Positions 12,661 to 25,330 of a stretch of DNA of 64,000 nt are shown piece by piece. Under the pieces are notes generated by a model. It did no database searches and was not told where the DNA came from. It worked only from the letters and a program-made list of their open reading frames with translations. Source of the DNA: Lama glama (lineage: Eukaryota); assembly GCA_028534125.1 (NCBI GenBank), contig CM052817.1:74402001-74466000 (forward strand), given 5' to 3'. The position numbers and the translations under genes are program-made. The first letter of the stretch is position 1; each line of letters starts with the position of its first letter.

Positions 12661-15009
12661 TGCTAAAAGGCTATAGATTATCCTGATTCAATAATTAGAA
12701 GTCTGGGAAGAAGACATGGTAAAAGCTTGTGACAATCTGCTTCAAAGACCTGGCTTTCTCTCAGAATTTGTGGAGAGTAGACACATCCCATTTATCTTGG
12801 GCTTCTACATGTTAGTAATCATATCCCATCAACTCTTCACAGTTTGAAGTTCATTCTGCTTTTGAAGGAGGATGCAAACAAAATATATTCTATTTTCTTT
12901 AAAATCTTGAGGTAAATGTATACTTTGAAAACATATCACTTTTTTTAGTCCTATGGATTTTAAAAAAAAACTTAGTGTAAAAAAGATTCTCAGTAATAAT
13001 TTGAATTTCAAATAGAACCTGTACCCTTTGGCCTCAAATACTGGCCACGTAAGTGTAGTACCAGCTCGTCCTACTGAAAATGCATACTAATTAATTATGG
13101 GAGGAAGTATTTAAAAGGATAAAAAAAGATTTTCAATTTTAATATCTGTAAAACCAAAGAATAAGATAAGTGGTAGCATAAAGGTTATTTAAAGTGCTGA
13201 ATGCTAAATAGCTTAGATGAAAGTGAAGTTAAAGTGCTCTGGGGGAAAAAGATTCAAAAGGTAGCAGAAGTGACGATAAGGTCACTGATGTCAAAGATGT
13301 CATGTCATGGACTGATGTCATGTCACTTATGCATGACATAAGTTTGAATAAAGTTGTTTTAAGAAATGTGAGATTAAAAAAGGCAATGTTTTTAAATGTA
13401 TAGGAAGCATTCTAGAACAAGCTCTAGGAGTAAGTAAAGAAGTATGGTTCTTTATAGCTTTACTGTTCTGTGTTTCTAATGGCTTTCTCAGCAAAGAAGT
13501 AATTAAAATAATATATTAAAACCAAAATCTATTTTAGGCTTTCTGAAAGGATGTCCTCTGGTTTCCCAGAGTCACTGACATCTTGTTAGATATCTGAGTA
13601 TATTCATTACGTATCTGAATATGTGGAAATTTGTTAACAATGATCTCCCTTCTCTCTGTCTCCCTCTTTCCCAGCATATGAGAATATTCCTTGCAATTAA
13701 TACAGATTTCTTCTTGACATTAATATTAATAGCTTTCTTTGATCTTAAAGAATATAATCTGCAAGGAGTATGAAATAGAACAAAATTTCAAGTTTATGAA
13801 CATAAATCCATAATTCATATTATTTCCTTGTGTTTTCATCCTTTATGAGGATACAGATTTCAAATATTTGTAAAAGAAAATAAATGAAATGCTTAATTCA
13901 AATTCTGCCTTAAACAAAATACCTAGGAAGCTCTATGTTTCAAAAAACTAAAATACCTTCCTTTGTTTCATTTAAAGTTAAACATAGATTCTACTTTAGA
14001 AGTCCACATCTATCTCCTTTAACTCTCACTGCACAAACTGTCCCAAGGACAAAGATTTCCAGTTATTAAAGGCATTTTTTGATGTATGGGGATTACCAAT
14101 AGGTGGGAATGTATCTCACAGCAGTGAGAGAGATGAAGCCAGCTGGTCCTGGGCAGCAATCCACCAATGGCCCACTTGCTGAAAGTAGAGCCATGCCTTT
14201 TAAATTTGCACTGTTTCTAAAATGTCCATGGACATTCAACACCTATACCCCAGGAGCCAGATGTCTGGAACCTCTTAGAAATAATTCCCAATTTGTTCTA
14301 ATGCAGTAATGCTTCCTCTTTGTTATTCTCTGTTCATGTATCTGTCTTATGTTATTTTGGTCCCCTTCATTCCCCTAACAAACAGAGCTATGTTCTTCTC
14401 TATCCCCTTCTCTCAATTTCTTGACTGTTTTCTTTAGCATATGTGAGTACACAGCATCTGTTTCTGAGTCTATGCCAGATAGATGAAATTAGCTATTGGA
14501 GAAATCTGAGGAAAAGGAGATCAAGGTACTTTTAACACAGGCAGGAGATAATGGAAGGGTAGAACAGGAATTGAAAGACGGAGGCGCTCATTATCAGGAA
14601 AACACTAAAGCCACTTAGAGTTCTGTCAGACCCAGTGGCACGGACATCTCGTTTGAGAAAGTCCTTGAGATGGTTACGGCAGATATACTATATCTACCTC
14701 TCCCTACCCCAAATTCTCATTAAAATATATCAAAGTAAGTGGACAGACTGGTTATCATTTACATGTTAACTCAACTGATTAATCAACTTCTTTTAGGTCC
14801 TAAGTCTACATGGACTCATGGTAATCTAAATCATTATATAAACAGGAAATTTGGGGAAAAAAATCAACAGAAATACTCAGAAGCCAAAGTTCCATGTCAT
14901 CCTTCAGAGGTAGTGCCAGAGTTTTTATTATAAGAGAAACCATTAGGATGCAGTCTGTTTGGTTTTTCTAAGCGCTAAATTTATATGAGTGGAGCTCAAT
15001 AAATACCAT

Positions 15010-15175
15010 GAAAATAATAATGTCAAACATCTGTAGAGTACTTTCCACTCTACACATTCCTTTGTTTAACCTTCATAATTGTTATAACCCTCATTTGTAG
15101 ATAAGGGCACTAAATCTTATGGAGGTAAAAAGAATTAGTTAAGATCACATTGGTAAACGACAATGTTTTAAACCA
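15010..15175 (-). mobile_element. MIR SINE fragment
   Basis: TTTAACCTTCATAA...CCCTCATTTGTAGATAAGGGCACTAA...AAGATCACA resembles the MIR core. Confidence 0.5.
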
Positions 15176-15389
15176 TAACTTTCATATTCCAAAATGAAAT
15201 TTTCTGATTCTAAATCTTGTTTGTGCATCAACATTTGCTTCTGTGGACCAACTTACCCTTGACCTAGCCCAATATTCAAGTGACTATGAGTAGAGGAAGC
15301 AAATCTCACTCTATCCTAGGAGACACACTCTCCTTAATTTGTGAGATTGCAGTCCTCTGCTTCATACAGTCTGAATGAGGCACTGAAAG

Positions 15390-15835
15390 TGAGAAAATCA
15401 TTCTGAAATACGAATTAGATCATGTCACTGCTCAAAACCTTTCCGTAGCATCCCATCACCTCTGGGTTAAATTTTAAAGTCCTTCCCATGGGCTGCAAGA
15501 CCATATGTAGTCTGGCCCCTGACTCTGTCTCTGTCCTCGCTCCCTACCACACTCTGCTCACTCACTCCACACCAGCCTCCTGATCGTTTTGCAGCCATGC
15601 CAAGCCGGCTCCAATCCAGGCCCTTAACACTGTTGCTCCCTCAGCCCAGATCAACTGTGGTTTACCTTGTTCCTCGTTTCATTCAGGTTGCAAATATTTC
15701 CTCTTCAGAGACACCCTCTCTGCGTGCCCTATGGAAATAGTTCCTCTCATTTTCTTTTTCCTTAAGTTGCTTTATTTTCTTTAAATAGTATTTACCACTT
15801 CCTGACATTGTATCATCTTTTTATTAATGTATGTA
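15390..15835 (+). mobile_element. L2 LINE fragment
   Basis: AGATCATGTCACTGCTCAAAACCTTTCC...AAGTCCTTCCCATGGGCTGCAAGACC...TCTGGCCCCTG is typical of the L2 3' region. Confidence 0.75.
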
Positions 15836-16955
15836 TTAGGTACAAAAGTGCCATTTTTACAGGTTAAAAATGTTAAAATATCAGAAATTTAAATGACACC
15901 ACCAGTAGATATACATGCAACCTGTTCATCTTCATTGATGTATTTTTATTTATGTGAATTCACTTCTATGAGGAAGAATACAATGTTGGTTGGATTATTG
16001 CATTGTATCTAGTCTATACTACATTATTTCATAAGTTTTGTTTATTTTATAAGATTAGCTATTGTCACAAAATGTTCTTTTGGAATCATAAACATGCATT
16101 TATTATATATAAACTAGAGTATATACCTGCACAAACCATTATTCAGTTTATGAAAATTAAAGTGCTTTGCTAACATTTACTTTACATAGAGTTCTTATTA
16201 TGTGTGTAACCCAATCATGATGAAACAGAAAAACACGCTACAAAAACAGAAAGTCAAGGAAATAAGGCTAAGGAATGAATTAAGGTATTTATAAGTTAGG
16301 AAAATGACAGCTCATGGCAAGTGTTCTAATCCTACTGAATATGAGGAAGAACAGAAGCAGCTTAACTGGAATTTAAAATTGGTTGGGAAAGGGAATTTTC
16401 CTGCTTATGTGGTTAGAAATAACCATGACTTTTTTAAATCAGAAAAGGCTTTGGATTTTTTTTCTCTAGTTTTTTTTTTTTTAGTGAAAATTACCTTGGG
16501 GGATTGTTTAGCTATCCTGTAATGTCAACTTAACATGTGGACCATGTCCAAAGCTGCTATAGAAGGAAATAAAACTCATTCCCAAATTGTTCTGGGATAA
16601 TAATACATCCTTTTATTTTAAGGAGACAAAGTACATAATTTAAACTCTGCTTATTGGATCCTGAAATTAATATATTAAGGAAATAGATAATAAAAAAATC
16701 TTTCCTCTTATAATAAGCAAAATTAAATTATTCAGTAAAGGAAAAACAATTTTAAAACTTTAAAAGATTTGATTTAAAATTTACAGTAGCAATAAATGGT
16801 AGCTATTTGGCTTACAGTCTAATGATAATTTCTCTTTTTCCCTTCCTCTTCTCTTTGTCTCTTTATTGCCAACTAACTTGACTTAGGCTTCTCTTTAATT
16901 ATCTGGAACAAAATATAATTTAAACTATAACCAAATATTCATTGAAGCCCATTGA

Positions 16956-18055
16956 TTACCTATGGAATGGGAGAAAACATTTGCAAACAATGCGACAGAC
17001 AAGGGCTCAATTTCCAAAATATACAAACATCTCATACAACTCAATAACAAAAAACAAACAACCTAGTCAAAAAACGGGCAGAAGACCTAAATATTTCTCC
17101 AAAGAAGACATACAGATGAGTAACAGTCACATGAAAAAATGTTCAACATCTCTAATCACTAGAGAAATGCAAATCAAAACTACAGTGAAGTACCACCTCA
17201 CTATGGTCAGAATGGCCATCATCAAAAAGTCTACAAATAATTAATGCTAGAGAGGGTATGGATAAAAGAGAATCCTCCTACACTGTTGGTAGGAATGTAA
17301 ATTAGCACATCTACTATAGAAAACAGTATGGAGGTTCCTTAAAAAACTAAAAATAGAGTTACTATATGATCTATTAATCTTATGCCTGGATATATACCTG
17401 GAAAAGATGAACGCTCTAATTCTAATAGATACATGTTTCCCAATATTCATAGTGGCACTATTTACAATAGCCAAGACATGGAAGCAGCCTAAATGTTCAT
17501 CAACAGATGAATGGATAAAGAAGATGTGAGTGTATATATATATATATACACACACACACACATATATATATAGAATATTACTCAGCCGTAAAAAAGAATG
17601 AAATAATGCCATTTGCAGGAACATGGATGGACCTAGAGATTATCACACTAAGTGAAGTAAGCCAGAGAAAGATAAATATTATATGGTATCACTTAAAGGT
17701 AGAATCTAAAAAATAATACAAATGAGTCTATATACAAAACAGAAACAGATTCACATACATAGGAAACAAACTTATGGTTACCAAAGGGGAAGTGGGAGAA
17801 AGGGATAAATTGGGAGTATGGGATTAATAGAAGGACACTACTATATATAAAATAGATAAACAACAAGGATTTACTGTATAGCACAGGGAACTATACTCAA
17901 TATCTTGTAATAAACTATAATGGAAAATAATTGAAAAAAGAATATATATATATATATATATATATAAAACTGAATCACTTTACTATAAACCTGAAACTAA
18001 TGCAATATTGTAAATCAGCTATGCTTCAATAAAAAATAAAGATAAATTTAAAAAA
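16956..18055 (+). mobile_element. 5'-truncated L1 (end of ORF2 plus 3' UTR, artiodactyl-type), antisense to ARSJ
   Basis: ORF-track 16942-17244 contains L1 ORF2 C-terminal residues ([40 protein letters not shown]). The 3' UTR ends CTTCAATAAAAAATAAA. Internal (TA)n/(CA)n tracts lie at about 17533-17572 and 17943-17965. Confidence 0.93.
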
Positions 18056-18089
18056 GAAGTATTACAAATATACTGGAAATCAGTAAGAC

Positions 18090-18640
18090 ACCCATTCATT
18101 TAATAAATATTTATTGACTGTTTATGCCATGTAATGTCAGATATGGGGAAATTTAAATTTTTAAGATAAGGCATATGCCTTTGAAGAGCTCAAAGTGCAA
18201 TGGAGAATATGGTGATGAGAGCTGTAGCACTGGTAAGTGTAAATAAAATATGTGAATAAAAAAGGAGACACTTATCTGCAGGAATTAGCAAAGGAAGTAA
18301 AATTTGATTTGAGTTCTGATGGATAAATCACATATACACAGGATGAGAAAGGGGTAAAAGTCACTTCAAAAGAAATAGCACAAAAAGGCACCAAAGTATG
18401 AGAAAGGGATAACTTCATGAAATGGTGACATGATCAGGCATGTAAGTAGATTATAGGATACTTCGAGGAGCGGTGAGAAAGGAGTCTGGAAAGACAGTGA
18501 GGGGCTGGTTTGTGACGGGTCTTTTGTGCTGAGATGTGGGCTCCCCATGGCCAAGAGCACCATCTGATATGCAATTTAGTAAGACAATTCCAGGAGCTTA
18601 ATGGAAAAAAAACGGTGGAAGGAAGTGAACAGTGGCCAAG
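18090..18640 (-). mobile_element. L2 LINE fragment
   Basis: Starts CATTCATTTAATAAATATTTATTGA (reversed L2 tail), followed by degenerate L2-like sequence. Confidence 0.6.
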
Positions 18641-18765
18641 GACCATTTCACAGACTGTTGCCACTTCACAGGTAAGATGAACCTACATAATTATGTATGT
18701 TGTCATTCATTAAAGAATACATTTTACTTTAGAATAATTAATGTCTTTAATAATTGTGGGCAGCA

Positions 18766-19004
18766 CAGTTCTCTCTCAACTGTTGAGCACAAAACCATAA
18801 TCACAAATGTACAACATATGTTTTCATAGTTCATGGCCACTAATTTGTATATTGAATACAATAGTTTGCTTCTTTTATGCCTTTTATTTTTTAAATAAGT
18901 AACATTACCTTGCAAAAAAGACTCCAAATTGCCTATGTGAGGAGAACCTTAAAAGTCAGATAGAATATCATCTACACGGCTTAAATACATCTTTTTATTT
19001 TATG
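18766..19004 (+). repeat. Copy 1 of a ~240-bp dispersed direct repeat
   Basis: About 90% identical by eye to 19485-19721. Confidence 0.95.
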
Positions 19005-19484
19005 CAATGTTTTTAGGCAAGGCTAGGTTTGGGAAGGTGGGCCTTGAGGGGAACTCATTACATAGTAAGTTAATAGCGATCAAGGCTTCAATGTGATGTC
19101 TGATGCCTTGGGATAATGACAGTTCTTATATTCAACTCTCTCAAAGGTATTTTTAAAATTTACACCTTGTATTTACATATCTTATTTCCACTTTATTTAC
19201 ATATCTTTATTACCGTCTTTACACATCTTTTCAAAAGTTAATTTCAGAGACCTCCTGAGAAAAGTGAAAACAAAAATAAATCCTGTATGACTATAAAACT
19301 AATAAGAAATACATTTTACTGAAAAATAAAATTCAAAATTAAGTCAACTAACTGTTTATTTGAGAATGGCAATAGGTCTTTAAAGTTCTTCTGCAACAAG
19401 TGTGATTTTTAGTTCCACTGAGTAGGAAAATTTTAAATCAACCTTTCCAGGATACAACATTGAAAAACAAAACCCAACAACTTC

Positions 19485-19721
19485 CAGTTCTCTCTCTATT
19501 GCTGAGCACAAAACCATAATCACAAATGCACAACGTATGTTTTCATAGTTTATGGTCACTAATTTGTTTGTATATTGAATATAATGGTTTGCTTCTTTTA
19601 TGCTTTTTTTTAAAAATAAGTAACATTACCTTGCAAAAAAGACTCCAAACTGCCTATGTGAGGAGAACCTTAAAAGTCAGAATATCATCTACACGGCTTA
19701 AATATATCTTTTAATTTTATG
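19485..19721 (+). repeat. Copy 2 of a ~240-bp dispersed direct repeat
   Basis: About 90% identical by eye to 18766-19004. Confidence 0.95.
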
Positions 19722-20516
19722 ATGTAATGGCAGTCTTAGAACTTTTATGCATAAATAACAAGTCAGTCAAGCACACAGACCTTCTAAGACATCCTCTTGG
19801 ACAACATCTAAGTTAGGAGTCAGCGATTACCATTCTATGTTCCATACTAAGGTGCTCAAGAAAACAGCTTCAGATTGAGTGACACATACAAGTGCAACAA
19901 ATCTTTTTAAATTTGCATGTTGTTTTGGGAACCTTTTTAAAAGAAACTATAAGCCAGCATATGGAAAGTTATAAACGCAGCCCAAGTCCGCCCGGAATCT
20001 AATTAGAGATGCCTTCCAGCTGTTGCCACTGCCCAGAGCCTCTGTTTCCTCTTACCCTCTCCTTCCAAACTACCATGGAAAAGAAAGCTGAACAGCAGTT
20101 CTCCTGATGCAACTTGAACTGAGTGAGGCGGCTCAGTAAAAAAGATGAAAAGCCAGCCAATTTACTTAATGTTCCTGTACATAAAGCACTGCACTCTGAA
20201 AATCCAGTCAAACTGGGGAGAAAGTTACAGAAGCAAAATTATAATAAAAAAAATTATGTGCGTAACCAGGAGCACAGTGTTATCAAGGTTAGACTAAAGA
20301 CTGATTGCAGTCTAGTATTTCCCTATGTGTCGAGAAATTAAGGAATCAATTAATTATGTTTCTAATTATATCATGTTACCCAAACCAGACACCATTATGA
20401 TAATTAAAGGTCTGTAAACTATTAGCTTTGATAAATATCAGGCCCCTACATCATAGATTTGCTATTTTTTTCTCTCTATCTTTTTTATCCTGGATATTTT
20501 ACCTTTAGCTGTTACC

Positions 20517-20560
20517 TAGCTAGCTAGCTAGCTAGCTAGCTAGCTATCTATCTATCTATC
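20517..20560. repeat. Compound microsatellite (TAGC)7(TATC)4
   Basis: Direct read. Confidence 0.95.
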
Positions 20561-21478
20561 ACAGGGCTTAAGGCACAGCAGATTTGGAGGACATCGATCT
20601 AGATATTTAAGTATAAATTAAGATTTCAAATAGGCTGATAAGAGAACGATTGTGGTACAGTTTTACCTCTCATTTGTTTAATCATTTACTTCCTACTTAA
20701 TTCCCCTGTTTTCTGGTATGCTTTCACCCACATCTTCAAGCGTTTGTCTTTATCTTGAAAATACCCTCTCTTTGAACCTGCTACTTTTAAAATCACCACA
20801 CTACTTCTCTCTTGCTTTTGTTTCAAGGCCAAACTCCTCACACAGGTCACACAAACTCTTTTTATTTCTACCCCACCGACCCTTTTAATAACCTCTCCAG
20901 AATCAAAGCCATTTTAGTTTTGGGAATGAGGGGGATAAAGTGATGCCTTTTTTCTTAAAATAGTGACTTTAAAGCACTATAAAAATTATACTAATAACTA
21001 GAACTGTCTGAAAAGAACATTTCTTTTCAGGCAAATGTTGTTAAATTAAGTAATCTGCCTCAAATTTCTGTAGACATCTTTTTGAAGGCTCCTCCAGAAC
21101 ATACATCTCATAAGCTAACAGCACATTGAAGGGGTGCCAAGGTAGAGAAATAATTTATGTTTACCCTCAGTCCAGTGTTCTCTCCCATTAACAGCTTTAC
21201 CTCTAAATATGCATGACATTTCCTTTTAAAAAAATCTCCTGTTTAACATTTCAAATGCACAGACCAATCCTGACCTAGTAAATCAGTTCCCTAATATTGA
21301 ATCATTCTGGTCAAACATGAGTCAGAGTAATAAAGCTCCCTCAGACACTTAGCTATTAGGACATCAGGGACATATGTGAACCTGTGAACAATTTCACAGT
21401 CTCAAGGGAAACAGAATTTTTAGCTTTCATGAGAGGCCAGGATAAGAGAGAAACAGCACGTCCTTTGTTTCATGTCTT

Positions 21479-21554
21479 TTTTTTAAAATTGAAGTATCAT
21501 TGATGTACAATATTATATGTTACAAATGTATAATACAGTGTTTCACAATTTTTA
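21479..21554 (-). mobile_element. Ultra-short (~76 bp) 5'-truncated L1 3' end with 13-bp TSD
   Basis: T-run plus AAAATTGAAGTATCATTGATGTACAATATTATATG (reversed artiodactyl L1 terminus), flanked by TGTTTCATGTCTT at 21466-21478 and 21555-21567. Confidence 0.85.
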
Positions 21555-24455
21555 TGTTTCATGTCTTATGGTTTGTGAATTTCAACATTAGAGACTCAGT
21601 TTGCTATCTTTTTTATTTATATAGGTACAATGATCATGTGTAGTATTTAAACACAAATATTATAGACACTTACTATATTTCACTTTCTATCTATTTACCT
21701 TGTTTTTTTTAGACTTTGACAACTAAAATAAACATAGGATTAACTGCTTCACCAGAATGTTGTATATGGTTGCATATTATCAAATGGCATTTGGTTTCTG
21801 AAAACTGGAAGGCAAATATGAAGCCAAATAGCATGATTTAAAGTCATAATATTCCCCACTTTGAACTTTGATTAATGTCTATTTTGGTAATGTTACTATG
21901 GTCTACCAGTCACCTGAATAGAACTTTTTGAAGGTCTTCCAATTTCTCCTCTACTTCAAGCTATGTTCATTCAGGTATTAAGTAATGTCCATTCTATCAC
22001 TAACTGTCTAAAATTTTTGTTTTCTTTTCCATTCTTATTGTTATTATGTCTTTTCAACTTCTCATTTCTCACCTGAACAGCTGATACCCCTGCTGTAGAG
22101 GTAGAGAACTAATAATGAGGCAGTAGAGTTATAGTGAGCATTTTATAAAATGCACATAGGAGAACAAATTTTACATGTTAGTTCTCAATAACTTTTCGGC
22201 AACATGCTTACCTACAACTTAGTTATTGAATGTTAGTTTCCTCCTACTCTTTTCTCTTTACCGGGATACTGAAGTGATATTTTATGACAAGAGAAAAGCT
22301 TGAAAGTTTGACACCTGAGAAGTCTTCTCTGCTTGTACAGACGTTGTTTCATTATTATTTTCCAGGTAGCTCCAGGACCCCTCCTATGAATATTAAAGTC
22401 TTCCATGCCCTCACTACTATAGTCCCACAGTGCCTCAAGATTACTACTGAACTGCCTCACCTTTGAAAGCTGTCATCGATTCTTTAAAAGCATAAAAATG
22501 AACATCATAGTTTGTAAAAAAAAAATGTTATAATCAAAGCTTTTCTTTAAAAAATGTGTTTAAGAGCTTGGTGGCTTTTTGTCGCTGATGCTGCTGCATC
22601 ATTACTTTCACATTTTGTTTCTTGATGACTGTATTCTATATTCTTGAGAATGAATGCATTATTGAAAAGGTACTCATTTGTAGCATTCAGTCAGTAATTT
22701 ATCTTCCTTGACATGTGAGAAATTAAAGAGGCCTGAGTTTCTCAAACAATGACCCAGGAGCCCTGGAGGCTGGGCAGAGGGGCCCTGAGCCTATGTTAGA
22801 TAATGAAGGAGTTAAGGCTGGGAACCTCTACCAGCAGCTCTACTTTCATATGTTTTGTATACTGGGCTGCTCCAGCAAAGAATTCATTTGAATAAAAAGT
22901 TCCACAGTAAAAAGAAAAGTGTTTGTAAATCACAGAACAAGTTTCAAGTCCAACAAGGAAATAAATCAGTTCACCTACGGCAGACAAACATGTGTGAACT
23001 GGCCAGCTCCTCGAGGTGAAAAATAAACAATGGAGAAAGAGACAAGGGTGCAGTTTCTGTGTAGACAGCCAGGCACAAGATACTAAAACCCTGCTCTCAG
23101 AGACAAGGGGAAGGCCTCCAGCACTTGGGAAGTGAAGTGACGCTTACGTGACAAGACAACAAGGCTTGACTACAGTTTTACACTAAGATCTAAAATTAAG
23201 AGCCTTAAAAAAATAAATAAATAAAAATAAAATTAAGAGCCTTAGAAGAGAAATTTGAAGTTGTAAAAAAATGTTCTTTAGATTCAGCATTCTTTAAGAA
23301 ATAAACCATTAAAAAGTTTCTTTTGCATCAATAAGAGATTTTTTACAGTGCTTGTCTTTAAACTCCTAGAAAGGGAAAGTGTGGGATCACTCTTATATCA
23401 GAGGAGGTTGAACCTTTTGATCTCAATAGCATGGAGGGTAACTAAGGTGAATGCACAGAAATAAACATTCTTCTCAAGACAGTTTTTCTCAGTGTCTCAG
23501 CAGCTGCTCTCTGGTCCAGAAAACGACAGGGTAAGTCAGTGGGTTGGTTCATAAGCTTAGAAAAGCTCATAAGAGCTTTACCCTCAGTAAAGCCTTCCAT
23601 TGGCTCCCATTCATTCATAAGAGCTTTACTAACTTGAAGAACAAAAAGAAGAGATCGCCAGTGTGGAAAGTTTTTTTAAATGGCTCTTTTCAAAAAAATG
23701 AAAGCAGATATTCTATTTTTAGCTATTTTAAACTGAGGACCAAAATGGGTGTACCTTCAATGAAAAACAACATATTACCAGAAGTAAAGCCTTAACATCA
23801 TAACTCTAAAATTACAGGTACAGAGCCAGTCACCAACTACTGCCCAGACTCTCTGGCTTTGACATCAATCCAAGAGAGAGGGAGAAACATGTGGATGTGT
23901 GCATGTTTGTTTGTGTACACATGATATTTAATCTGCCTGAAGTAGCGGCATTTTCAGTATGATGGAAATAGTGAGGAATGTTGAGTTCATACAATGGTTC
24001 TTCTGGTTGGTTTCCTTTTTTCACCAACCATCTAAGAAACTCTGGATATGCTAATAATGGGCGGGGTTTGTGTCTGTAAGCCTGATGTGGTAAAAGTGAT
24101 GGGGATGGCAAATTCATCTAGTCAATGCCATCCTTGCCCTGAACAGCCTTCTCCTCCACATTTACCTGTGCTACTTTGTCTTTCTTCAGAATATTAGTAA
24201 GTAGCTGAGCCAGAAGGCAAATGCAGATCATTTGATCCCCATCCACCACTCTTCCCCCAAACAATACTGTGAAATGAAAAAAAAAATATATATATATATA
24301 GCAGTCTTTCAAACTTTAGGAAGTCAGGCAAAGGAGAATGGAAAAACAAAGGCTATTTTTCATTGGTGGGCTTTGAAGCGTAAAACGTAATTGTCAAAGA
24401 GGTTCCTGTAATTTGTGATCAGTAGTAACTTTATCTGCTTGAGCGAGCATATACT

Positions 24456-24492
24456 GTTTTTGTTTTTGTTTTTGTTTTTGTTTTTGTTTTTT
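24456..24492. repeat. (GTTTTT)6 microsatellite
   Basis: Direct read. Confidence 0.95.
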
Positions 24493-24509
24493 CTTAGAGC
24501 AGAATGAAT

Positions 24510-25330
24510 GACCTTGAAGTTGGCCCTGATTCCTCTTTTTCTTCCCAACCCATCCAACCCATTTGGAGTTCATCCAGAAATCCTGTCTGCTCTACCTGTG
24601 GAATGTGCTCAGAATCCATCACTCTCCATTATCCCTCTCCGCACGCCATCATATCTCATACAGGCACACACGTTAGTGCGATTGTCTCTTTGCTAGGTTT
24701 TCCTGCTGCAGACCTTACCCCTAGGATCTGTCCTCAACACATCCACGAAAGCAATTCTGTGAACACACAAGTTGGGTCATGTCACCCCTCTGCTCCTAGC
24801 CTTCCATTGGCTCCCATTCACTCAGAGTGGAAGTGTCCCTGCCTTGGCCTGCACTGCACTACAGGATCTGGCTCCCTTTTCTGCCTTGACCCCACCTCCT
24901 CTAACTCTCCCCTGTCTGCTCTCTAATACAGCATAGCTGGATGGCCCCTTGATGGTACCTGAGCACACCAGCGGTGCTCCTGTCTCAGGGCTTGTGCAGT
25001 TACTGTTCTGTCTGCCTGGAACAGCAACATACAAGGCTCCCTCCTTCATCTCTTTTCTTGGTGAGGCCTTCCCCAGCCTTTGATATTGCCCTCTTCACCT
25101 TGAACCCTTAACCTTTTAACTCTCCCCCCTCCATTCTGCTATCCTTTCCTTTACGGGGCATATTGCCCTGTAGCATACTATATATTTTATTTGTTTGTGT
25201 CTCCTTGCACTAGAATATAAGCATCATGAGAACAGGGACTTTGGGAGGTTGTGTGGACTCATATGTTTCCCAGGGCCTAGAATGGTATCTGGGAAAGAGT
25301 AGGTGCTCAATATTGAATGAATGAATGAAT
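24510..25330 (+). mobile_element. L2 LINE 3' fragment (L2a-like)
   Basis: Typical L2 blocks ending CACTAGAATATAAGCATCATGAGAACAGGGAC...GTAGGTGCTCAATATTGAATGAATGAATGAAT. Confidence 0.85.

Noticed and set aside
16942..17884. ORFs of 100, 125 and 63 aa
   Set aside because: Sense and antisense readings of a truncated L1; not host genes.
18766..19721. Direct-repeat pair as a miniature LTR retroelement (TRIM-like)
   Set aside because: No TG...CA termini, primer-binding site, polypurine tract or TSD were found.
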